Source: an uncultured Gammaproteobacteria bacterium
GTDB lineage: Bacteria > Patescibacteriota > Patescibacteriia > Magasanikbacterales > GWA2-37-8
Length of the DNA: 64,000 nt
NCBI GenBank assembly: GCA_964465205.1
Contig: CAYXJO010000003.1
Span: forward strand, 14,693 to 78,692
Direction: 5' to 3'
Shown piece by piece: positions 10,198 to 19,046 of this stretch. Below the pieces are notes generated by a model. The model searched no databases and was not told the DNA's origin. It was given only the letters and a program-made list of their open reading frames with translations. Numbering within the stretch: position 1 is the stretch's first letter; every line of letters starts with the position of its first letter. The translations under genes and the position numbers were made by a program.

Positions 10198-10653
10198 ATG
10201 CGTTGCCCGGTTTGTAACAATCGCGACACCAGTGTTGTGGATACTCGCCCGGCAGAAGACGGAATGTCGGTTCGACGTCGGCGTGAATGTGATAAATGTC
10301 GTTATCGTTTTTCTACTATAGAAGAGATAGGGCTTTTGGATATTATTGTTGTCAAAAATGACGGCCAACGCGAGAGTTATATGCGCGAGAAAGTAGAGAC
10401 GGGTATTCGGCGCTCGCTAACCAAACGCCCTTACAAACAAGACAGTTTTCATTGTCTAATTCATGATATTGAGCGTGATATACAAAAAAAGAAAAAGCGT
10501 GAAGTTAGTAGTCATGAAATTGGAGAGCTTATTATGAAGCACCTGCGTGGATTCGATAAAGTAGCCTATATTCGTTTTGCCAGTGTCTATCGTGACTTTA
10601 AGGATGTCAAAACATTTGAAAAAGAGTTAAGCAAATTAAAGAAAACTAATTAA
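10198..10653 (+). CDS. nrdR: Transcriptional repressor NrdR (zinc ribbon + ATP-cone)
   Basis: MRCPVCNNRDTSVVDTRPAEDGMSVRRRRECDKCRYRFSTIEEI is the canonical NrdR N-terminus. Confidence 0.9.
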   Translation: MRCPVCNNRDTSVVDTRPAEDGMSVRRRRECDKCRYRFSTIEEIGLLDIIVVKNDGQRESYMREKVETGIRRSLTKRPYKQDSFHCLIHDIERDIQKKKKREVSSHEIGELIMKHLRGFDKVAYIRFASVYRDFKDVKTFEKELSKLKKTN

Positions 10654-10657
10654 TTAT

Positions 10658-11161
10658 ATGTTTCGTCACAAAGGAGAGCCGACCAATCCCGATTCAAATA
10701 AAGAACGTGTGGAATTGGTTACGGAAAATAACCCTGTCGAAAAAAAAGAAAAGAAGTCGCAAGATATTTCCAAGGCGACAACCACAACATCCGACAGTTC
10801 CAAATTAGTGTCCAAAAAAGAGTTTACTCTACAGACCGTGGGGGAATTAATGGAAAAGAATTTGAAGTGGTCTCAAATTATTTACGAACAGAATCGTCGC
10901 ATTAATCGTAAATTAATTTGGATGTCAGTGATGAGCTGGCTCAAAGTGGCGGTGGTAGCCGCAGTGTTGGTGCTGGGATTGTGGTTTTTGCCTCCGTTGT
11001 TGAATAATGTATTTGGTCAATATCAGGCTCTACTGGGCGGAGAAGTGAATGCTGGGCTCAATGCTAGCCGCAATGCCAACAACCAAATGTTGCAAAAATT
11101 ATTTCAACTTCTTCCACTTGATAGCGCTCAGCAAGAGCAAATTAAAACGATTTTAAAATAA
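10658..11161 (+). CDS. Hypothetical membrane protein (single TM), lysine/serine-rich N-terminus
   Basis: ORF with TM VAVVAAVLVLGLWFLPPLL. Co-oriented between nrdR and pyk. Confidence 0.5.
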   Translation: MFRHKGEPTNPDSNKERVELVTENNPVEKKEKKSQDISKATTTTSDSSKLVSKKEFTLQTVGELMEKNLKWSQIIYEQNRRINRKLIWMSVMSWLKVAVVAAVLVLGLWFLPPLLNNVFGQYQALLGGEVNAGLNASRNANNQMLQKLFQLLPLDSAQQEQIKTILK

Positions 11162-11201
11162 AATTTTAAACAGATTTACGTTTTTACGGTATTTATTTTT
11201 T

Positions 11202-12647
11202 ATGTTCAAACATACCAAAATTGGTGTTACGATTGGTCCCGCATGTCAAGATGTTGATGTGCTTCGTTCTATGGTAAAAGCAGGCATGAATTTTGCTCGA
11301 TTGAATTTTTCTCATGGCACATATGAGAGTCATGCGGAAATTATCAAAAATTTGCGCGTGGTAGAGAAAGAGCTGCAAGAGCCGATTGCTATTTTGCAGG
11401 ATCTGCAGGGGCCAAAAATTCGTTTGGGCTTATTACCCAAAGAGGGTATAAAATTAGAACGCGGGCAAATGATTACTGTGAATACGGAAAAAGTGGAATA
11501 TGCCAATCAAGAATTGCCATTGGATTATCCCGGTTTACATACTTATCTCAATGCTGAGGAAACCATTCTAATTGACGATGGTCGCATTGAGCTTAAAATT
11601 ATTAAAATTGAAGGGGCCAAAATTTTTACTGAAGTCATTGAAGGCGGGGTGGCGTTGTCCCACAAAGGGCTAAACTTCCCTCAAAGTAAATTGGGGATAA
11701 CTATTTTGAGCAATAAAGACAAAGAAGATCTAAAATTTGGCGTAAAAGCTGGCGTGGATGTGGTGGCCCTATCATTTGTGCGCGGTGCCAAGGATATCTT
11801 AGATATTAAATTTTTAATTGATGAAATCAAAAAAGAGACCGGGATTGAAGAACAGAATAATTCGCCTATTAGCGTGATTGCCAAAATAGAATTGCACGAA
11901 GCGGTAGAAAATATTAAAGAAATTTTGGATGTTAGCGATGGGGTGATGATTGCTCGTGGGGATTTGGGCCTCGAGATGCCGGCTGCGCAGGTGCCGCTAA
12001 TTCAAAAAAGAATTATTGACTTAGCCAACGCTGCTGCCAAACCGGTGATTGTGGCTACGCAAATGTTGGATTCAATGCGCGAAACCAGTCGTCCTACCCG
12101 CGCCGAGGTGTCGGATGTGGCTAACGCTGTTATTGATCATGCGGATGCGCTTTTGCTTACCAACGAAACGGCGGTGGGCGTACATCCAGTATTGGTAGTG
12201 AAGACCATGGCAGATATTATTTTTACCACGGAAAAATCTAGCTATGATGATATGAATTTGCCACCGGCGCGCAAGAAGGGCATCCCGGTAGATGTGGCGA
12301 TTACCGAGTTGTCCAGATTGTTGGCCGAAGAGGTAAATGCCAAATTTATTTTGGCCGCTTCTATTACCGGCGAAACCGGCAGGCTTATATCCCATGTGCG
12401 TCCTAGTTTGCCGATTATGGTAGCCACCTCGACCGAACGTGTCCAAAGACAATTAAACATGTCTTGGGGGGTTAGACCTTTCGTGATGTTGCCATGTCAT
12501 TCAATTGAAGAATTGGTAGAGCGAGCGATGGCACATCTCAAACATATTCATGCGGTCAAGACAGGCGACGTGATGATTATTATCGCCGGCGAACCAGTTG
12601 GTATTGCCGGACATGTGAATTTGGTGGAAGTTAGAGAAGTGAAATAA
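11202..12647 (+). CDS. pyk: Pyruvate kinase
   Basis: TKIGVTIGPACQDVDVLRSMVKAGMNFARLNFSHG N-terminus; MIARGDLGLEMP active-site region. Confidence 0.9.
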   Translation: MFKHTKIGVTIGPACQDVDVLRSMVKAGMNFARLNFSHGTYESHAEIIKNLRVVEKELQEPIAILQDLQGPKIRLGLLPKEGIKLERGQMITVNTEKVEYANQELPLDYPGLHTYLNAEETILIDDGRIELKIIKIEGAKIFTEVIEGGVALSHKGLNFPQSKLGITILSNKDKEDLKFGVKAGVDVVALSFVRGAKDILDIKFLIDEIKKETGIEEQNNSPISVIAKIELHEAVENIKEILDVSDGVMIARGDLGLEMPAAQVPLIQKRIIDLANAAAKPVIVATQMLDSMRETSRPTRAEVSDVANAVIDHADALLLTNETAVGVHPVLVVKTMADIIFTTEKSSYDDMNLPPARKKGIPVDVAITELSRLLAEEVNAKFILAASITGETGRLISHVRPSLPIMVATSTERVQRQLNMSWGVRPFVMLPCHSIEELVERAMAHLKHIHAVKTGDVMIIIAGEPVGIAGHVNLVEVREVK

Positions 12648-12654
12648 TTAAAAT

Positions 12655-12760
12655 AAAAAACCGAATGTAATTTCTTTTGAGCGGGTTGTGTCGCCGTAGC
12701 GGCACCCTTTCGCGCTCGCGCGCGAAAAAAGCGAAAAAGATTTTACATTCGGTTTTTTTA
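12655..12760. terminator. Long inverted repeat (16-bp perfect arms AAAAAACCGAATGTAA / TTACATTCGGTTTTTT) enclosing a ~70-nt GC-rich nested-hairpin core, between convergent pyk and glyA; bidirectional terminator
   Basis: Arms at 12655-12670 and 12744-12759 flanked by A-run/T-run. Inner GAGCG..GGGTTGTGTCGCCGTAGCGGCACCC..CGCTC hairpins. Confidence 0.5.
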
Positions 12761-12765
12761 TTGTC

Positions 12766-14016
12766 TTATTTTAGTGTTGGATACAGAGGAAATTTGGCAG
12801 TGAGTTCTACGACTCGCTTTTTTATTTCCGCTAATTTTTCTTGGTTTTCAAAATTGGAAATAGCCTCGTCGATCCAACTGGCGATGGTGGTCATTTCGGT
12901 CTCTTTCATACCGCGCGTAGTGAGGGCGGGTGTGCCCAGGCGAATGCCGGACGGATCCATAGGGCTACGCGGATCATCAGGGATCATATTTTTGTTCACA
13001 GTAATACCAGCCAAATCAAGCGCGTGTTCGGCTTGTTTGCCAGATACATTTTTGCTACTAAATACATCAATTAGAAGCAGGTGATTATCGGTACCACCAA
13101 AACACAGTTTGTATCCCAATTTGTTGAATTCTGTTTCTAGTGCTTTGGCGTTTAATTTTATTTGTTTGGCATAATCTTTGAATTCTGGCTCAAGCGCTTC
13201 TTTGAAGGCCACCGCTTTGGCAGCGATGTTATTTTCGTGGGGGCCACCTTGGAAACCAGGGAACACGGACTTGTCTATTGCTTTGGCGAATTTTTCTTTG
13301 CACATAATCATGCCGCCGCGCGGACCACGCAAAGTTTTGTGGGTAGTAGTAGTAACGACGTCAAAAATCGGTACTGGATTGTTCATCTGTCCACCGGCTA
13401 TGAGCCCGGCAATATGCGCGATGTCTGCCATAGTAATAGCACCCACCTCGTCGGCGATTTTTTGAATAGCCGCATATTCAATTTCGCGTGAATAAGCGCT
13501 GTAACCTACCAGTATCATTTTGGGCTTGTATTCTAGTGCCATGGCGCGCAAATTGTCGAGATCAACTAGTCCTTGGGCATTAGTTTTGTAACGGATAAAC
13601 TTGAACACTTTGGTCATGTGAGTGACTGGATGCCCGTGGGATAAGTGTCCGCCGTGCGATAAATCCATGCCGAGAATAGTGTCGCCCGGTTCGAGTAAGG
13701 CGAAATACACCGCGATGTTGGCTGGTGCCCCCGAGAGCGGTTGGACGTTTACATGTTCAGCACCAAAAATTTGTTTTACTCTATCAATACACAGCTGTTC
13801 CACTTCGTCGATAAATTCACAGCCGCCATAATATCTTTTGCCTGGATAACCTTCGGAATATTTGTTGGTGAGTATCGATCCCAATGCCTCGAGTACGGCT
13901 GGAGATACAAAATTTTCAGAAGGGATCATTTCCAACCCTTCCTCTTGGCGTTTTTGCTCCCGTTTTATCGAGGCGTAAATATCCGGATCAAAGTCTGTTA
14001 GTTTTTGATTATGCAT
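12766..14016 (-). CDS. glyA: Serine hydroxymethyltransferase
   Basis: [41 protein letters not shown]-lysine region [14 protein letters not shown]. Confidence 0.95.
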   Translation of the reverse strand: MHNQKLTDFDPDIYASIKREQKRQEEGLEMIPSENFVSPAVLEALGSILTNKYSEGYPGKRYYGGCEFIDEVEQLCIDRVKQIFGAEHVNVQPLSGAPANIAVYFALLEPGDTILGMDLSHGGHLSHGHPVTHMTKVFKFIRYKTNAQGLVDLDNLRAMALEYKPKMILVGYSAYSREIEYAAIQKIADEVGAITMADIAHIAGLIAGGQMNNPVPIFDVVTTTTHKTLRGPRGGMIMCKEKFAKAIDKSVFPGFQGGPHENNIAAKAVAFKEALEPEFKDYAKQIKLNAKALETEFNKLGYKLCFGGTDNHLLLIDVFSSKNVSGKQAEHALDLAGITVNKNMIPDDPRSPMDPSGIRLGTPALTTRGMKETEMTTIASWIDEAISNFENQEKLAEIKKRVVELTAKFPLYPTLK

Positions 14017-14045
14017 AGTTTTTTAAATTTATTAGATTAGTGGGT

Positions 14046-14074
14046 ATTTTAGCGCAGGGTATAATTTTTGTCCA
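14046..14074 (-). promoter_or_regulatory. Candidate glyA promoter (minus strand TGGACA-17-TAAAAT)
   Basis: On minus strand: TGGACA, 17-nt spacer, TAAAAT ~25 nt upstream of glyA ATG. Overlaps a TTGACATTGTGTCAA palindrome at 14084-14098. Confidence 0.35.
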
Positions 14075-14118
14075 CACAACGATTTGACATTGTGTCAATA
14101 CTGCATTAATATGTGAAA

Positions 14119-14590
14119 GCTCTTTGTTTTTGATTCGTGTTTTGGGTACTAAACCATCTATCGGGAAGGAATTGGGCCAACCAATGCGACACACCAGAAA
14201 GGGTTTTTCAATCGGCGGCGGCACGTTCGTGAAAAAGAGCGTCTTGTACGCTCTAGAGCGGCGTGGGGTTCTGCGCAACCAGGGGATGCCGTTTCGGCAA
14301 AAGATTGCCATCACTCGGCAGTTGCTGCACGGGAGCGTAGAGGTACCGGTCACCGCTTTTCGGCGGGGCGACGACTATCAACGCCAGTGGCCCGGTACGG
14401 TCTATCTGTACAACCCCACCAAGGGTGTCTGTTTTGCTCTCGTGCCCGACCAGAATCTGGTGCCGGCGTGTTTCACGCCCAGGTTTACCCGGGAATTCGC
14501 CGCCAACTTCACCCCGGACATGCAAAAACAGCGCTGAAAGAAAGGAGACAACTACGCGAGGGGGCCTACGGGCCCTCTTTTATTTTTTGA
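14119..14590. ncRNA. GC-rich (~58% GC) anomalous island of uncertain nature, bounded on the plus strand by a strong sigma-70 promoter (TTGACA 14084-14089, 17 nt, TAATAT 14107-14112) and an intrinsic terminator (GAGGGGGCC-TAC-GGGCCCTC + T-run, 14561-14590). Either a structured ncRNA (weak ordered resemblance to RNase P RNA blocks on the minus strand) or a horizontally acquired basic 117-137-aa protein gene (plus-strand ORF 14124..14537)
   Basis: Abrupt GC jump in an AT-rich genome. Long ORFs open in several frames on both strands. Many local hairpins (CGTGTTTCACG, GAGCGTCTTGTACGCTC, GGTACCGG...CCGGTAC). Minus-strand reading shows GUCCGGGG, GGGUAAACCUGGG, CGUG-AAA-CACG, CCAG, ACGAGAGCAAAAC, GCAGAACCCC in rnpB-like order. 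It lacks the GGAAAG J3/4, a P4 partner and the GGUAAGAGCGCACC block. A minus-strand hairpin+U5 lies at 14231-14254. Confidence 0.35.
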
Positions 14591-14615
14591 TTAATTATAG
14601 TATAGTGTTTGCACT

Positions 14616-16394
14616 ATGGCGATACTTTTGACTATCGAAAATTTAAATAAGGCCTATGGCACTCGCATTATTTTCGAGAACGCGGATTTAGCGGTACAAG
14701 AAAAGCAAAAAATCGGCGTGATTGGTCGTAATGGCGCGGGCAAATCTACTTTATTGCGCATGATAGTGGGCGAAGAAGAATGTGATAGTGGGCAAATTAC
14801 CAAACATGATATTATGAGTTTGGGTTATTTGCGCCAACATGATGATTGCGGTATCGAGGAAACCGTGCAAGATTATTTGGAGCGGGTAACTGGTCGCGAA
14901 TCTTGGCATTGTGCCAAAATTGCCGGCCGGTTTGAAATGAAAGGCGAGATGTTGGATCAAAAGGTCTCTGCGCTTTCCGGTGGGTATCTAATGCGTGTCA
15001 AGCTCGCCATGATGTTGCTCACGGAACCAAATTTATTTTTATTGGATGAGCCGACCAATTATTTGGATGTTCATACTCAATTATTGCTGGAAAAGTTTTT
15101 GCGTAGTTACAATGGTGCGTTTATTATTGTCTCGCACGATCGTGAATTTCTCAAACGCACTTGTACCGAGACGTTGGATGTCGAAAATGGTAAATTGTTT
15201 TTTTATCCTCGTCCTATCGATGAATATTTGGCGTACAAAGAAGAGCGTTTGGCGTTTGCGAAATTGTATAATAAAAATATCGAGCGCGAACAAAAACATT
15301 TGCAAACGTTTGTGGATAGATTTCGCTACAAAGCATCCAAAGCCAAACAAGCGCAAAGTAAAATCAAAGCGATTGAGCGTTTGGAAAAGATTGATATCAG
15401 TAGCCCGCTCGCCAATGTGCGGATAGATATTCCGGGAGTGGAAGCGAAAAAAGGTTGTATAGTGCGTTGTGTGGATGTGGTGATTGGTTATCCCAATAAG
15501 ACCGTGGCGCAGAATATCAATTTGGAAATCGACCGCGGCGAACACGTGGGTATTATTGGCGATAATGGCGAAGGCAAGACCACCTTTCTCAAGACCTTGG
15601 CTGATGCTTTGCCAGTGATATCTGGTGTGGTGAAATGGGCGCCCGACACCCGCATTGCGTATTACGCTCAACACGTGGCCAGTGAACTTAGCCCCACCGA
15701 GAAAGTTTGGGCGTATTTGCGTCGCACAGCCGCGCGCGACATTAACGACGAAGAGGTGTTGCGTATGGCCGGTAATTTTTTGTTCCGCGATCATGAATTG
15801 GAAAAAGATATTGCGGTGCTTTCGGGTGGTGAGCGTTCGCGATTATGTTTGGCCGGCTTACTGCTCACCAAAAGTAATGTGATATTACTTGACGAACCTT
15901 CAAATCATTTGGACTTTGAAACCGTCGAGGCACTGGGTCGTGCTCTCGAAAATTTTGTTGGTACGGTATTTTTTGTCAGTCACAATCGTACTTTTGTAAA
16001 TTCGCTCGCATCGGTGATTATCGAAGTGAAGGGTGGGATGGTGAAAAAATATCCTGGTACATATGAGGATTATGTTTACGCACTCGAACAGTCGGTAGAA
16101 CGCGGGGGTGAAGCTGAATCAAACGGCGTCAAAAATATTGCGGTGGCAATGCCAACGTCGTCTGTGCCGACAAAATCATCCAGCCCCGAAGACTCTGATA
16201 AAGTTACCAAGAAAAAGATCAAAAAGATTGAAGATGAATTGGCTGAATTAGAAAAATTACAACAAATTTTATTTAAGAAGCAACAAAAAAATCCGGCCAA
16301 ATTTTTGCCGGATGATTATAAACGTTTGGGAGAAATTGGTGACGAGATAAAAATCAAAGAAGAGGAGTGGGCACAACTCCACGAAGGGTTATAG
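14616..16394 (+). CDS. ABC-F family ATPase (tandem ABC domains, no TM; EttA/Uup-like translation factor)
   Basis: Two Walker A (GRNGAGKST, GDNGEGKTT), two ABC signatures (LSGGYLMRVKLA, LSGGERSRLCLA), two Walker B (LLLDEPTNYLD, ILLDEPSNHLD), C-terminal K/E-rich coiled coil. Confidence 0.85.
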   Translation: MAILLTIENLNKAYGTRIIFENADLAVQEKQKIGVIGRNGAGKSTLLRMIVGEEECDSGQITKHDIMSLGYLRQHDDCGIEETVQDYLERVTGRESWHCAKIAGRFEMKGEMLDQKVSALSGGYLMRVKLAMMLLTEPNLFLLDEPTNYLDVHTQLLLEKFLRSYNGAFIIVSHDREFLKRTCTETLDVENGKLFFYPRPIDEYLAYKEERLAFAKLYNKNIEREQKHLQTFVDRFRYKASKAKQAQSKIKAIERLEKIDISSPLANVRIDIPGVEAKKGCIVRCVDVVIGYPNKTVAQNINLEIDRGEHVGIIGDNGEGKTTFLKTLADALPVISGVVKWAPDTRIAYYAQHVASELSPTEKVWAYLRRTAARDINDEEVLRMAGNFLFRDHELEKDIAVLSGGERSRLCLAGLLLTKSNVILLDEPSNHLDFETVEALGRALENFVGTVFFVSHNRTFVNSLASVIIEVKGGMVKKYPGTYEDYVYALEQSVERGGEAESNGVKNIAVAMPTSSVPTKSSSPEDSDKVTKKKIKKIEDELAELEKLQQILFKKQQKNPAKFLPDDYKRLGEIGDEIKIKEEEWAQLHEGL

Positions 16395-17978
16395 GCTTTT
16401 TACCATATAGCCGTTTTCGAGTCGGTATCCCATTTTTTGGTAATAACCACGTACACCCACGCCAGATATCACGGCGATTTTTTTTATTTTATTTTTTACA
16501 CAAATACTTTCGGCTTTTTTGAGTAAAGCTTTTCCCATGCCGGTGTGCTGCACTTCGCCGGTGCCGGCAATCGGAATCATCTGGCCATAGGTGTGCAGTT
16601 CGCGGATAAATGCCGGATAAATAGCTTGAATACTTTTTGGGTTCAAGCGCAAACGACAAAAAGCGAACACGATTTGGCGCTTGGTATCTTCGATACTCAA
16701 AAAGTGTTCAATCCCATCGGAGGCGCTGTATTTATCATCAAATAATTTTAATTTTATTTTTTTCGGATCAAAATTTTGATGACCGGCTTCACGACAGCGC
16801 AGGCAATGGCATTTCAATTTCTCCGCCGTCATTTGAGTCTGAATGGTTTGACGTAAATTGGTCACCAGATTGCCGGCTTGGATGTGGTGAGAGGGGATAT
16901 CGCGAATGAGGCGTGAAATACGCACATAGCGCGGCACTGTGGTTTTGAATTTTTTTAATACGTCAATGAGATTTTTATCGGAGTAGGGTTGGTATTTACC
17001 GGCACGGAGCCAATCGTACAGTTCGGAATTTTTTACCACTGTGCAAGGATAAATTTTGATCATATCCGGACGATAGGCAGAATTCGAAAAAATTTCTTGC
17101 ATCATTTTTAGATCTTTGGCCGGAGTGCTGCCAGGAAGTTGGGGCATGAGGTGAAAATCCACTTTGAAGCCGTAATTTTTGAGTAGTTCAGTGGCCCGTG
17201 TAACTGTCGCGGCGTCGTGTCCACGTTTTATAGTTTTCAAAATTTTGTTATCGATAGTTTGGACGCCAAGCTCAAGGCGGGTGCAACCAAGTGCGCGCAT
17301 GACCAGAATATTTTTTTCATTGATGTAGTCCGGACGGGTTTCGAGCGTGAGTCCGATGATACGATGGCGCGCATTTTCGTTTTTCTTTTGGGCCGCCAGT
17401 AGTTTCTTTTTTAGTGTGTCGATTTTTTCATTCGGTTTGGTTTGGGCGCGCGACAAATTACATGCTTCAAAGCAGCGTAAGATAAACCAATATTGGTAGG
17501 TGAGGGGATAAAAATTCCAGGTGCCACCTTTGATAATCAGTTCGATTTTATCGGTCGGGTGGCCGTTTTGGGCCAGTGTTTGCAGGCGTCGTAGCGTCTG
17601 CTCGTAGGGGTCAAATTTGAGCGCTAGGGCACGTGCGGCGGCTGGCTCGTCGGATAGGTAACTTTTAGGCATTCGGGCCTCTGTAGGGCAATATACGCAG
17701 TTTCCAGGGCATCCATAGGGCTTGGTGAGGTTGGTGATAATAGCCACTCCCGAGAGAGTGCGGACGGCCCGCTTAGTAAGGGATTTTTCCAGTGCTGGCA
17801 TGGGTTTTATCTTGCCGGATTTTACTAATTTATGGTATGCTTTGAGCAGGTCAGATTTGGCAATATCGCGGTCGAATTTTTGCCCACGCAAAATATCGCG
17901 ACGGATAGTGTCCAGGTCGCGTTTGGGGTTTTTGATACAAGCAAAAATAATTTGTTCAGCAATATGAATCATAAACAA
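16389..17978 (-). CDS. elp3: Elp3-family protein: radical SAM domain fused to C-terminal GNAT acetyltransferase (tRNA wobble uridine cm5U-type modification enzyme)
   Basis: Radical-SAM motif YGCPGNCVYCP. ~530 aa. C-terminal GNAT core QHTGMGKALLKKAE. Characteristic Elp3 segment DKIELIIKGGTWNFYP. TTG at 17978 or ATG at 17972. Confidence 0.8.
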   Translation of the reverse strand: MFMIHIAEQIIFACIKNPKRDLDTIRRDILRGQKFDRDIAKSDLLKAYHKLVKSGKIKPMPALEKSLTKRAVRTLSGVAIITNLTKPYGCPGNCVYCPTEARMPKSYLSDEPAAARALALKFDPYEQTLRRLQTLAQNGHPTDKIELIIKGGTWNFYPLTYQYWFILRCFEACNLSRAQTKPNEKIDTLKKKLLAAQKKNENARHRIIGLTLETRPDYINEKNILVMRALGCTRLELGVQTIDNKILKTIKRGHDAATVTRATELLKNYGFKVDFHLMPQLPGSTPAKDLKMMQEIFSNSAYRPDMIKIYPCTVVKNSELYDWLRAGKYQPYSDKNLIDVLKKFKTTVPRYVRISRLIRDIPSHHIQAGNLVTNLRQTIQTQMTAEKLKCHCLRCREAGHQNFDPKKIKLKLFDDKYSASDGIEHFLSIEDTKRQIVFAFCRLRLNPKSIQAIYPAFIRELHTYGQMIPIAGTGEVQHTGMGKALLKKAESICVKNKIKKIAVISGVGVRGYYQKMGYRLENGYMVKSL

Positions 17979-18020
17979 GCTCTAGCCATTATACGCAAAA
18001 CACGGCAAAATTACAATGTT

Positions 18021-18689
18021 ATGGCTCGGGAGTGGGACATTAGCCGCGGCCGACCATCGGGGGTGAAATTGTCGGCTTTGAAAAGAATAAAATCCAGCAA
18101 TCGGATTTTGGATTTGGGATGCGGTAATGCTTTTATGATGCCGTTTGTTTTGGAACGCGGGGCTACATATTTTGGGATAGATATTTCGAGTGCGCTTATC
18201 AAGGTCGCGCGTAAAAAATTTGCCAAAGAAATAAAATCCGGTGTGGCGGAATTACGCGTAGGTGAGGCGACTAAATTGCCGTACAAAAATAATTTTTTTG
18301 ACGGTGCGATTAGTTTTGCAGTGATGCATCATATTCCGTCGGAAAAATTGCGATTGAAATTTTTGCGGGAATTGCGGCGCGTGATGAAACCAGATGCGTG
18401 GGCGATGGTTATCAATTGGAATTTGCGTAATGAGTGGTCAGACAAAAGATTTGGGATTTCCGAACAATTAAAAAATCTCCAAAAGGGGACTGATAGGGGC
18501 GATGTGGTCGTGCCGTGGAAAGCGACGGCAGGAGAACAAGTTGAGAGATATATTCACGTTTTTGAAAAAAAAGAATTATTGGATTTGGCACGTGCGGCCG
18601 GATTCAAATCTATACGTGCGGAATTTTATCGGCGTGATGGTGGAAGAGAGAAGAATGGGGAGGAGTTGGTTTTAATTGTAAAAAAATAA
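18021..18689 (+). CDS. Trm9/ALKBH8-like class I SAM-dependent tRNA (carboxymethyluridine) methyltransferase
   Basis: LDLGCGNA SAM motif. FDGAISFAVMHHIPSEKLRLKFLRELRRVMKPDAWAMVINWN matches the Trm9 FD.AISIAV.HH....RR...E..RVL.PGG..LI..WA block. DVVVPW and RYIHVF match Trm9 DVFVPW / RYYHLY. Start could be 17964 (would overlap the elp3 start). Confidence 0.7.
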   Translation: MAREWDISRGRPSGVKLSALKRIKSSNRILDLGCGNAFMMPFVLERGATYFGIDISSALIKVARKKFAKEIKSGVAELRVGEATKLPYKNNFFDGAISFAVMHHIPSEKLRLKFLRELRRVMKPDAWAMVINWNLRNEWSDKRFGISEQLKNLQKGTDRGDVVVPWKATAGEQVERYIHVFEKKELLDLARAAGFKSIRAEFYRRDGGREKNGEELVLIVKK

Positions 18690-18713
18690 CCGCCCTCATA
18701 GTATAATAATTTT

Positions 18714-18812
18714 CTGGCGGCCAGACTTGTGCCTCTGGCACTACGCCCCGCTTCGGCGGGGTGCGATGGCCGCGGGCGAAAATTATTATCTATTTCGGGC
18801 GCTTTTTTTGTA
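18714..18812 (+). ncRNA. Candidate small structured RNA: GC-rich nested hairpins (GGCGGCCA...CCCCGC-UUCG-GCGGGG...UGGCCGCG) after a TATAAT box (18702-18707), ending at T7 run inside the palindrome TTTTTTTGTACAAAAAAA (18804-18821)
   Basis: Perfect 6-bp stem with UUCG tetraloop nested in an 8-bp outer stem. No ORF. No convincing -35. Identity unknown. Confidence 0.25.
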
Positions 18813-19046
18813 CAAAAAAACTCGCCAGAGGCCGCGCGAAGTGCGATGTGGCGAGTGATCGGTTGGCGATAAGAGGACTAGCTCTTTGTTTTTTGTTTTG
18901 CGTTTTCTTCCTCGATTTCTTTTTTTCTTTCTCTGCGACACTTTAGGTAGAGTTGTGCCGACACCATGCCTGCGAAAAAACAAATCAAGAATCCCCAGTC
19001 CATGTGTGTATTCCTCCCTGTGATAGGTATTGGGTCTTTGTGACTG

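Noticed and set aside
10198-10653. nrdR expected next to ribonucleotide reductase genes
   Set aside because: No nrd genes in the window. nrdR downstream of ftsZ is simply local synteny, not an anomaly worth reporting.
14231-14590. Firm annotation of this region as RNase P RNA (rnpB) on the minus strand
   Set aside because: Several ordered rnpB-like blocks are present. But I cannot find the near-universal GGAAAG J3/4, a P3 hairpin in the right place, a complementary P4 3' strand or the GGUAAGAGCGCACC block. It is kept only as one hypothesis with low confidence.
14119-14590. tmRNA, SRP RNA, T-box or ZTP riboswitch identity for the GC-rich island
   Set aside because: No tRNA-like 3' end/CCA or GGUUCGA T-loop. 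No tag-peptide reading frame ending in stop. No SRP domain IV motif. T-box AGGGUGGNACCGCG absent. ZTP motif elements appear in the wrong order.
17832-17978. 285-aa version of the methyltransferase ORF (start 17832) overlapping elp3 by 147 nt
   Set aside because: The N-terminal extension is antisense to the elp3 start and has no homology. Internal starts at 17964 or 18021 give a typical Trm9-size protein.
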